From contig NC_013967.1 in assembly GCF_000025685.1 (NCBI RefSeq), forward strand, positions 1,410,001 to 1,442,000: DNA of 32,000 bases, in the 5' to 3' direction. The notes under the pieces are model-generated. The model did not search any database, was not told where the DNA came from, and saw only the letters and a program-made list of their open reading frames with translations. Numbering within the stretch: the first letter of the stretch is position 1; each line of letters opens with the position of its first letter. Shown here piece by piece: positions 25,178 to 32,000 of the stretch. The translations under genes and the position numbers were made by a program. Source of the DNA: Haloferax volcanii DS2. GTDB taxonomy: Archaea; Halobacteriota; Halobacteria; Halobacteriales; Haloferacaceae.

Positions 25178-25537
25178 ATGCCCTCCACGGACGTTAACGC
25201 CCTCCTGAAGCCGCTCGCGATCTATACGGGGCTCCTCGGGCTGGTTACTGTCGGTGCGGTGTATCTCGCCACGCACTCGGGGCTGTACATGCTCGGATTG
25301 ACCGGGGTCGGCGTGCTCCTCGTCGTACTCGGCGGTGGAGTCGTGAGCCAGATGGGTCCGAGCAACGTCGAACACGCGGGCGAGAAGGGCGGGACGAACA
25401 GGGTCGTCTCGAACGCGGGGCTGTGGTCCCCCGTCGAGACGGACACCTCGCTTCGCCTCACCCTCCTGTGCTACGGGGTCGGCGTGTTCCTGTGGAGCCT
25501 CGTCGTGTTCGGCGTCCTGCGCGACACGCTCGTCTGA
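25178..25537 (+). CDS. Hypothetical membrane protein (119 aa)
   Basis: About four hydrophobic helices and GC3-rich codons. GAGATATACTG is centred about 30 nt upstream of the ATG. Confidence 0.6.
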   Translation: MPSTDVNALLKPLAIYTGLLGLVTVGAVYLATHSGLYMLGLTGVGVLLVVLGGGVVSQMGPSNVEHAGEKGGTNRVVSNAGLWSPVETDTSLRLTLLCYGVGVFLWSLVVFGVLRDTLV

Positions 25538-25665
25538 GCGGGACCCCGCGCATCCGCCACCGTCGCTCGCCACCCGTCACCCGCCACCGCCACCCGCCGC
25601 TTGCCCTTCGCGGCCGACTCGGCCCGAGAGCCGCGCTTTTTACCCCTCGGTCCGAGGTGTCGCGT

Positions 25666-26373
25666 ATGACCATCAAACACGACGGCCTCGACGTGTCGTG
25701 GCTCGGCTACGCGACCGTCAGAATCGAGTCGCCCGACGGCTTCGTCGTCTACTTCGACCCCGGCCGCTACGGCGTCCTCGACGACTACTACGCCCGCGAC
25801 GGCGATCTGATTTTGGTCACGCACAACCACCACTACGACTCCGACGCCATCGAGCAGGTCGCAGACGCCGACGCGACCGTCGTCGCGTTCGAGGGGGTCG
25901 ACGCGGCGACTATCGACCGCGACGTGGTGCCGGTCGAGGACCTCCCCTACGGGACGGTCCGCGTGGACGAGGAGGCCCACCTCACCGTCGGTGAGGTCGA
26001 CGTGTGGTCGCTCCCGGCGTTCAACGACCCCGACGGCCCGCATCTCCGCGACGGCGACGTGGTTCACCCGCAGGGGTTCGGCTGCGGCTTCCACATCTCG
26101 ATTGCCGACCGAACCGTCTTCTGGCCCGGCGACTCCGACGTGCTCGAAGGCCACAAACATCTCGAAGTGTCGCTGTTTCTCGCCAACATCGGCGGCTCGG
26201 TCGTGATGGACCGCCGCGAGGCCGCCGACCTCGCGGAGACGCTCGACCCGGACCTCGTGCTTCCGATTCACTACGACACGATTCCGCTTCTCGAAACCGA
26301 CCCGGACGCCTTCGTCGTGGACGTGGCGAACCGGGGTATCCCGGTCGTCCTCGACGATCCGGATCAGGTCTGA
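25666..26373 (+). CDS. Metallo-beta-lactamase-fold metal-dependent hydrolase (UPF0173-like)
   Basis: 235 aa from MTIKHDGLDVSWLGYATVRIE, with LILVTHNHHYDSD (variant HxHxDH) and a later PIHYDT. GCTTTTTAC lies about 27 nt upstream. The ORF-track start 25423 overlaps the previous gene. Confidence 0.8.
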   Translation: MTIKHDGLDVSWLGYATVRIESPDGFVVYFDPGRYGVLDDYYARDGDLILVTHNHHYDSDAIEQVADADATVVAFEGVDAATIDRDVVPVEDLPYGTVRVDEEAHLTVGEVDVWSLPAFNDPDGPHLRDGDVVHPQGFGCGFHISIADRTVFWPGDSDVLEGHKHLEVSLFLANIGGSVVMDRREAADLAETLDPDLVLPIHYDTIPLLETDPDAFVVDVANRGIPVVLDDPDQV

Positions 26374-26474
26374 GGCGGCGACGGCGGGACCGACAGCCGG
26401 GCAGACAAACAGACAACCAGACGGACTGGCGAATGGACCGAACGATTTTGCCGCGTCGGGCCGTCGGTTCGCGT

Positions 26475-27308
26475 ATGGACCTCGACTACGGCATGCTCGG
26501 CGGCCGGCGGCCCTACTACCGCTTCGGTGACGCCGACGCCGACCCGCTCGTGGTGCTTCCCGGCCTCTCCGACGCCTTCCAGCGCATCGACCCGAACCGC
26601 GGGACTGCGGCGGCGCTCGCCGCCCTGTTCCGCGAGTTCGACGACCGCGACGTGTGGGTGGTCGGCCGCTCGCGACACCTCCCGGTCGGCTCGACCACCC
26701 GCGACATGGCCGCGGGCTACGCCGGCGTCATCGACGAACAGGACCTCTGGCCGGCCGACGTTATCGGCGTCTCGATGGGCGGCCTCGTCGCCCAGTACCT
26801 CGCCGCCGACTACGGCGACTACGTGGACTCGCTGGCGGTCGTCGCCGCCGGGACGCGACTCGGCGGCCACGGCGAGAACGTCGTGACGCGCTGGCGCTCG
26901 CTGGCGGGCAAGAGCCGGTGGGCCGAGGTCGTCGCGGACGCGGAGCGGGAGTCCGCGACCGGCCTCGAAGCGACGGTCGCCCCGGCGCTCATCGAGGCGG
27001 CCGGCCGGGTCGTCGACTTCCGGCCCGCCGTCCCCGCCGACGCGGTCGTCTCCTGTACGGCCTGTCTCGAACACGACTCCCGAGAGATACTCGGTGACAT
27101 CGACGCATCGACGCTCGTCGCCGCCGGGAAGGCAGACCGACTGTTCCCCGAACCGCGGATTCGAGAACTCAAAGGCGGCGTCGCGGACGCGACGCTCGCG
27201 CTGTTCTCCGGGGCGGGTCACGACCTCGCGACGAGCGAGCCGCGAACACTGAACGGCGTGGTCAGACGCTATTTCGACGGATTCCGCGGCGACGGGCTGT
27301 ATCCGTAA
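26475..27308 (+). CDS. Alpha/beta-fold hydrolase
   Basis: 277 aa from MDLDYGMLGG. It has LVVLPGLSD, the nucleophile elbow GVSMGG and a C-terminal GAGHD. CGATTTTGC is centred 27 nt upstream of 26475. ATG 26433 is an alternative start. Confidence 0.8.
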   Translation: MDLDYGMLGGRRPYYRFGDADADPLVVLPGLSDAFQRIDPNRGTAAALAALFREFDDRDVWVVGRSRHLPVGSTTRDMAAGYAGVIDEQDLWPADVIGVSMGGLVAQYLAADYGDYVDSLAVVAAGTRLGGHGENVVTRWRSLAGKSRWAEVVADAERESATGLEATVAPALIEAAGRVVDFRPAVPADAVVSCTACLEHDSREILGDIDASTLVAAGKADRLFPEPRIRELKGGVADATLALFSGAGHDLATSEPRTLNGVVRRYFDGFRGDGLYP

Positions 27309-27397
27309 GCGCGAACCGCGAGCCGCGACGCCACCGAACCGAATCCGAACCCTCCGCGCGGCGACAGGCTCATACAGCGGGCGACCGTCGAACCGCC

Positions 27398-27616
27398 ATG
27401 CGCGACGCCCTCCGGTCGAGCCCGCTTTTCAGTGTTCGTCGGCTCTTCATCTGTCTCGCCGCCACGCTCGTCGTCCTGACGACCGACGCGCTGTTTTTTC
27501 ACATCAAACCCATCCAAACCACCGCGGGGTTCGCGACCGAGCTGGCGATTCACACCCTCGGCTTCTACGGCGGGTTCACTATCGTGGCGCTGTTCAATCT
27601 GACCGAAACGAGGTAG
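27398..27616 (+). CDS. Small hypothetical membrane protein (72 aa)
   Basis: Two hydrophobic segments and mostly GC3 codons, with a weak TCATACA about 26 nt upstream. Called on codon bias and hydrophobicity only. Confidence 0.4.
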   Translation: MRDALRSSPLFSVRRLFICLAATLVVLTTDALFFHIKPIQTTAGFATELAIHTLGFYGGFTIVALFNLTETR

Positions 27617-27642
27617 AAAAACGGCGACGGGAGTGAGCGGGG

Positions 27643-28743
27643 TTAGATGATACCCATCTCGTCGAGGCGCGTCGGCAGGTACTCGTCGGTCACGAAGTCG
27701 AGACCGCGGGAGGCAAGCGCCTGCTGTTCTGCCTTCTTGCCGATGTCGAGTTGGAGCTCTATCTGCTCGGTCCAGTAGTCGCCCATGAACCGCGGGTCCT
27801 CCAGTTCGGACTGGAGCGCGTTGATGTCGGAGTCCGCGAGCGGGTCGGTCGGGAGGTCGTAGTCAACGATGTCCTGCGGCTGGATGCCGACGAACTTCGC
27901 GTCGGGTGTGGCGAGGTACTCCGAGAGGTGCGCGGATTTGATAGAGCCGTAGGCGACCGAGCCGAAGATGCGGTAGGACCACGGGTCGCCGTCGGTGAAG
28001 ACCACGACCGGCAGGTCGAGTTCGTCGTGCAGGCGCTTGGTGATACGCCGGGTGGCGCGCGCCGGCTGGCCGCCGAGGTGGACGACGAGCGCGTTGTAGT
28101 CGTCGTCGAAGCCGTTTTCGACGAGTCGGTCGCGCATCCCGCCGGTCTCGACGCACATGACGAAGTCGATGTCGTGTTCGAGGAACTCGATGGTGTCGGG
28201 GTTGTTCGGAATCTGGTAGCCGCCCTGTCCCACGTCCAACTGGCAGTGAATCTCGCGGTCGCCGCGGTTCGTCTGCTCGCGGATTTTGAGGGGGCCCATG
28301 AGCTTCGCGCCGGACTCCTCCGGGCGCATGTGGAAGTCCTCGCGCTTGACCTCGCTGACGATTTCCAAGTCCTCGATGAGTTTGTTGGACTCGTCTTGGT
28401 CCGAAAAGTGCGCCTCCTCGTTGTCCCACGACTCGGAGATGTAGTACAGCTCACGCAGGGTTGACGAGCGGTCCTCGTCGAGTTGGCGCGCGAGGAACTC
28501 GATGGTGTAGGCGGCCTTCAGGAGCTTTCGCGCCCCCCGAACGCTGTTCGCAGAGCGCTTCGAGGTCCGGTCGCCGTACACCCAGACGTTGGCGTCCTCG
28601 TCGTACTCGATGTTGCTTTTCGTCCGCGTCGGGAGCGTCATGTGCGGAATCTCCCCCGCGTCGAACTGGTCGTAGAACTCCGCCGCGAGGTCGATGAGAC
28701 GCTCGCGGGCGCGTTCCTCGGATGTCTGCTGGTCGGATGCCAT
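27643..28743 (-). CDS. top6A: DNA topoisomerase VI subunit A (Spo11 homologue)
   Basis: 366 aa with a winged-helix region (RELYYISE, catalytic Tyr context) and the Toprim block VMCVETGGM...[11 protein letters not shown]. The ATG overlaps the top6B stop by 1 nt (TAATG). Confidence 0.95.
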   Translation of the reverse strand: MASDQQTSEERARERLIDLAAEFYDQFDAGEIPHMTLPTRTKSNIEYDEDANVWVYGDRTSKRSANSVRGARKLLKAAYTIEFLARQLDEDRSSTLRELYYISESWDNEEAHFSDQDESNKLIEDLEIVSEVKREDFHMRPEESGAKLMGPLKIREQTNRGDREIHCQLDVGQGGYQIPNNPDTIEFLEHDIDFVMCVETGGMRDRLVENGFDDDYNALVVHLGGQPARATRRITKRLHDELDLPVVVFTDGDPWSYRIFGSVAYGSIKSAHLSEYLATPDAKFVGIQPQDIVDYDLPTDPLADSDINALQSELEDPRFMGDYWTEQIELQLDIGKKAEQQALASRGLDFVTDEYLPTRLDEMGII

Positions 28744-31139
28744 TATACGTTCACCGTGAGTTTCTCCGTCTCGACGCCGTCGACGTTGATGTCGAACGAC
28801 GCGTCCTGTGCGACCGAGTACGTGAGCGTCGCCGTCTCACCGGACGGCACCTCGGGGTTCCACTTGACGAACCACTCCCCGTCGAGGCCGACGACCGTCG
28901 CCTCGCCGTCGAGACCGCCCGGCTCGGCCGAGACGATATCGGTGATGTCCGGCGACTCGTTCGTGTTGGAGTGGTTCGTCACCGTGAGCGTCACCTCGCC
29001 GTCGTCGACGGCCCGCTCGACGGTCAGGTTGTTCATGATGCGGCCGAGCGCGCCGTCGATGTTGGGCTCGGGTCGCCCGGTGACCTCCGAGAGCTTCGTC
29101 GCCATCTGCGGGAGGATGCGGCCGAGCACGTCCTGTTTCTCGCGGCGCTTCTGGAGCGACCGCCGCTTCGACAGGTAGGATTTGAGGTCGCGGGCCGCCT
29201 CGCGGATGGCGAGTTCGACCTCGTCTTGAATCGCCGGCACGTCCGCGAGCGCGTCCTTCGACTCGCTCGTGAAGGGGACGTTCGTGGAGGCGACGTGGAC
29301 CATCAGAACCGCGGGGCCGTTCGGCATGCCGCTGCCGCCCGGCTGGTCGAGGCCGTAGTTCCGCCAGCCGATGTCCTTGACGACGTGGGTGATGGTACAC
29401 GCGCCCTGCTGGTAGACCAGCGGGACGCGGTTGGCGAAGCGGAGCAGGTCGATTTTCCCCTCGGACTTGAGTTCGCCGCCGTAGGCGATGCCGGCTTCGA
29501 CGATAAAGGGGTCGCCGCCGTGGACCTCGGCGTCGCGGGTCGCCGCGGCGTAGAAGTCGGCGTCGAACTCCTTTTTCAGGCCGGCTTCGACGAGTTCCGC
29601 CGAGATGGGAGACAGACAGTCCGTCGGCGGCGCGAGGATGTCCGTCTCGCGCATCGCGTCGAGCAGGTCGCGGGCCACGTCGCGGTCGTCGGCGACCTCG
29701 CGGACCTTCGGCACCTCGTCGGAGACGGTTCGCATCCGCGACCAGATGGCGTCGGCGATGTTCTCCTGTGCAGTCTCGCCGTAGGTCTCGTCCTCGCGCT
29801 CTTTGGTTCGGTCGGCGGCCCACGAGACGAACTCGGCCACGTCGTCGCGGGTGGCGCGGTCGGCCGGGCCGGTCGTCTCGGCGAACTGCGTGGCGATGGA
29901 GCGCGCCATCGACAGCTTGCCGGCGTCGTCTTTCTGCGTGGTGGTCACGTCGTCGACGATGGCGTACGCGTCGCCCTCGCGGTCGTCGGTGAGGGCGGGC
30001 CACAGCGCCTCGACGACGTTCTCGCGGACCGTCTCACCGAACGAGGTGTCGGTGTCCTCACCGACCGTCTCGGCGGCGTTTTCGACGACAGTGACGAGTT
30101 CGCCGTGGGCGATGCGGTCCTTGCCGACGACGATATCGACCAGTTCGTCCGCGAACGCCGCGGTCGCCTCTTTGCCCTTGTTGGCGACGGCGTCCTCGAC
30201 GACGGCGACGAGGTCGTCGGCCTCGGACGCGTCGGGCGTCCGCCACGTCATCTCGCGGCCGAAGTGCCGGTCGCGGAAGGCGTCGTGAATCTTGTCGGAG
30301 GTCTTCGCGCCGACGCGGGTGAACTCCTCTTGGAGGAAGCCGGACACGGAGTACGACTCGGTCGCCGAGAGCATCTTCAGGAGCGTCCCGAGTTCGACGC
30401 CGTGGGGGTGGGGACGGATCTCCTTCGTCTGTTTCGGAAGCTGGTCGGTCGCCCGCTCGAACTTCATCGGCTCGTCGAGGCCGGGTTCCCGGAGTTCGAT
30501 GCGTGCGTGGGGGTTGACGACCGCCGTGTGGAGGATGTAGTCGTGGAGCTGCTGGCGGGCGCGCATGTTGGCTTCCATCTCCAACTCGATGCGCGTGCCG
30601 TGGGGGCGGTCCCACGAAGTCGTCTTCTCGGTGCGAATCTCGGGTTCGTTCTGGTCCGTGTTGATGACGAGTTCGAAGTACTCGGCGTCCTCCGAGCCCT
30701 GCGTCCGGCTCGTCACCTTGGCGGGCTTCCCGCTCGTCAGCTGCGAGTAGAGGACCGCCGCGGAGATACCGATACCCTGCTGACCGCGGGACTGTTCGCG
30801 CGCGTGGAAGCGAGAGCCGTAGAGGAGCTTCCCGAACACTTTGGGCACCTGCTCTTTCGTGATGCCCGGCCCGTTGTCCTCGATGACGAGGCGGTAGTAG
30901 TCGCCCGCCTCGGCGATTTCCACGTAGATGTCGGGCTGGATGCCCGCCTCCTCCGTGGCGTCGAGCGCGTTGTCCACCGCCTCCTTGACGGCGGTGACCA
31001 ACCCGCGGGCTCCGCTGTCGAAGCCCAACATGTGCTTGTTCTTCTCGAAGAACTCGGCGATGGAGATCTCCCGCTGGCCCTTCGCCAGCTCCTCTGCGAT
31101 CCCCGGCTCGTCACCGAGTGTCGACTGGAACGAGGTCAT
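28743..31139 (-). CDS. top6B: DNA topoisomerase VI subunit B (GHKL ATPase)
   Basis: 798 aa from [18 protein letters not shown]. Bergerat-fold motifs are present ([23 protein letters not shown]), followed by an H2TH region, a transducer and a C-terminal beta-rich domain. The ORF-track extension to 31268 is not supported. Confidence 0.95.
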   Translation of the reverse strand: MTSFQSTLGDEPGIAEELAKGQREISIAEFFEKNKHMLGFDSGARGLVTAVKEAVDNALDATEEAGIQPDIYVEIAEAGDYYRLVIEDNGPGITKEQVPKVFGKLLYGSRFHAREQSRGQQGIGISAAVLYSQLTSGKPAKVTSRTQGSEDAEYFELVINTDQNEPEIRTEKTTSWDRPHGTRIELEMEANMRARQQLHDYILHTAVVNPHARIELREPGLDEPMKFERATDQLPKQTKEIRPHPHGVELGTLLKMLSATESYSVSGFLQEEFTRVGAKTSDKIHDAFRDRHFGREMTWRTPDASEADDLVAVVEDAVANKGKEATAAFADELVDIVVGKDRIAHGELVTVVENAAETVGEDTDTSFGETVRENVVEALWPALTDDREGDAYAIVDDVTTTQKDDAGKLSMARSIATQFAETTGPADRATRDDVAEFVSWAADRTKEREDETYGETAQENIADAIWSRMRTVSDEVPKVREVADDRDVARDLLDAMRETDILAPPTDCLSPISAELVEAGLKKEFDADFYAAATRDAEVHGGDPFIVEAGIAYGGELKSEGKIDLLRFANRVPLVYQQGACTITHVVKDIGWRNYGLDQPGGSGMPNGPAVLMVHVASTNVPFTSESKDALADVPAIQDEVELAIREAARDLKSYLSKRRSLQKRREKQDVLGRILPQMATKLSEVTGRPEPNIDGALGRIMNNLTVERAVDDGEVTLTVTNHSNTNESPDITDIVSAEPGGLDGEATVVGLDGEWFVKWNPEVPSGETATLTYSVAQDASFDINVDGVETEKLTVNV

Positions 31140-31359
31140 TTCCTGATGCGCATCTACCCAGTCCCGCGTTAAGTACTCACCGGCAGCGGAGTGAAAGTGA
31201 ACTCGGGGCGTTGACGCGCTTCGAGGGGCGTTCGCGCCGGAACGCCGGATAATGATACACAGAGTCACCCACGAAACGCGGGTCGGTCGGTCGGCGTCTC
31301 CGATGTCGGAAACCGCTACGCGGGACTCCAGTAAGTAGTACGCGCCCGCGCGTGCGAGT

Positions 31360-31366
31360 CTTTAAG
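31360..31366 (+). promoter_or_regulatory. TATA-like element of gyrB
   Basis: CTTTAAG is centred about 30 nt upstream of ATG 31393. Confidence 0.45.
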
Positions 31367-31392
31367 GGACGGGCTATCCTAGGCCTGTTCAG

Positions 31393-32000
31393 ATGTCTCA
31401 GGATAACGAGTACGGGGCCGGACAGATTCAGGTCCTCGAAGGGCTTGAAGCCGTTCGAAAGCGTCCGGCGATGTACATCGGGTCCACCGATTCTCGCGGA
31501 CTCCACCACCTCGTCTACGAAGTCGTCGACAACTCCATCGACGAGGCGCTCGCGGGCCACTGCGACGCCATCGAGGTCGCCCTCCACGAGGACGGCTCTG
31601 TCAGCGTCACCGACAACGGCCGCGGGATTCCGGTAGATACGCACGAACAGTACGACCGACCCGCGCTGGAGGTCATCATGACCGTCCTCCACGCCGGCGG
31701 GAAGTTCGACAACAAGTCCTACCAGGTCTCCGGCGGCCTCCACGGCGTCGGCGTCTCCGTCGTCAACGCGCTGTCGAGCGAACTCGAAGTCGAGGTCAAA
31801 CGCGACGGCGCGGTGTGGACACACCGCTTCGAGGTGGGCGAGCCGCAGGTCGAGGAGTTCGAGCGCGTGCGCGACCTCGAACCCGGCGAAGACACCGGGA
31901 CGACCATCCGCTTTTGGCCGGATGACGGTATCTTCGAGACGACCGAGTTCGACTTCAAGACGCTCGAAAACCGCCTGCGAGAGCTCGCGTTCCTCAACTC
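31393..32000 (+). CDS. gyrB: DNA gyrase subunit B, 3' end outside window
   Basis: Own translation: [32 protein letters not shown]...[19 protein letters not shown]...[11 protein letters not shown]...[15 protein letters not shown]. The frame stays open to the window end. This gene is absent from the ORF track because no stop is reached. Confidence 0.95.
   Translation, partial: MSQDNEYGAGQIQVLEGLEAVRKRPAMYIGSTDSRGLHHLVYEVVDNSIDEALAGHCDAIEVALHEDGSVSVTDNGRGIPVDTHEQYDRPALEVIMTVLHAGGKFDNKSYQVSGGLHGVGVSVVNALSSELEVEVKRDGAVWTHRFEVGEPQVEEFERVRDLEPGEDTGTTIRFWPDDGIFETTEFDFKTLENRLRELAFLN

Noticed and set aside
25538-25665. Low-complexity GCCACC/CCACCC reiteration (CCGCCACCGTCGCTCGCCACCCGTCACCCGCCACCGCCACCCGCCGC)
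   Set aside because: It is short, imperfect and lies directly between a gene end and the next promoter. It has no regular period or spacer structure, so it is not CRISPR-like. It is most simply slippage-prone filler.
28722-31172. 816-aa plus-strand ORF opposite top6B. Similar long antisense ORFs lie at 12942..14207, 16232..17338, 20233..21441, 22020..23105, 23434..24522 and 27751..28464.
   Set aside because: All of them mirror a recognised gene on the other strand and show antisense-frame composition. I treated them as GC-content artefacts.
15547-31210. The 10-mer ACTCGGGGCG occurs three times in intergenic DNA (15547, 15565, 31201)
   Set aside because: GC-rich 10-mers recurring a few times in 32 kb of GC-rich sequence are expected by chance. 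Only the two adjacent copies at 15547 and 15565 are kept, as part of a local repeat.
1-32000. Search for mobile elements, prophage remnants, CRISPR arrays, toxin-antitoxin or defence-island signatures
   Set aside because: There are no transposase, integrase or Cas-like ORFs, no terminal inverted repeats and no regularly spaced repeats. There is no extended compositional shift; only two sub-200-nt A/T-rich promoter regions stand out. The gene content is housekeeping.

Overview
This window is GC-rich haloarchaeal chromosomal DNA with strong GC3 codon bias and acidic proteins. Gene content and order match what I recall of the Haloferax volcanii main chromosome; that identification rests on memory, not a search. 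I call 32 protein-coding genes. In order they are: glycerol kinase glpK (5' truncated), a membrane protein glpX, and HPr ptsH2, convergent with the PTS-dependent dihydroxyacetone kinase genes dhaK, dhaL and dhaM. Next come ileS, then a minus-strand run of a Tat lipoprotein, an acidic hypothetical, an acyl-CoA thioesterase, a DUF151 nuclease, a membrane-anchored ArsR-like regulator and a glycerate 2-kinase. Then follow a TraB-family protein coupled to an M50 site-2 protease, purM, a cytochrome P450, an HTH-CBS regulator, a UPF0212 protein, proteasome beta psmB and a GCS2-type ligase divergent from the ATP-dependent DNA ligase ligA. The window ends with an MBL-fold hydrolase, an alpha/beta hydrolase, top6A/top6B divergent from gyrB (3' truncated), and several small membrane ORFs. 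Most genes have an A/T-rich TATA-like element centred about 26-30 nt upstream of the start codon, as expected for leaderless haloarchaeal transcripts. I used this to trim several over-extended ORFs in the supplied track. I saw no rRNA, tRNA, CRISPR array, IS element, integrase or recognisable defence genes, so this looks like core housekeeping DNA rather than an accessory island. I did not find a convincing new multi-gene system. The best candidates for follow-up are: (1) the translationally coupled TraB/S2P protease pair, where TraB carries an unusual glycine-rich membrane insertion; (2) a CAC(C)GATTTTTC element found three times in the glycerol/DHA cluster; (3) three intergenic regions with palindromes, repeats and nested helices that no gene explains (15434-15647, 15925-16265, 19668-20024); (4) an acidic insertion with an internal repeat in Top6B. 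All functional readings of these are inference.
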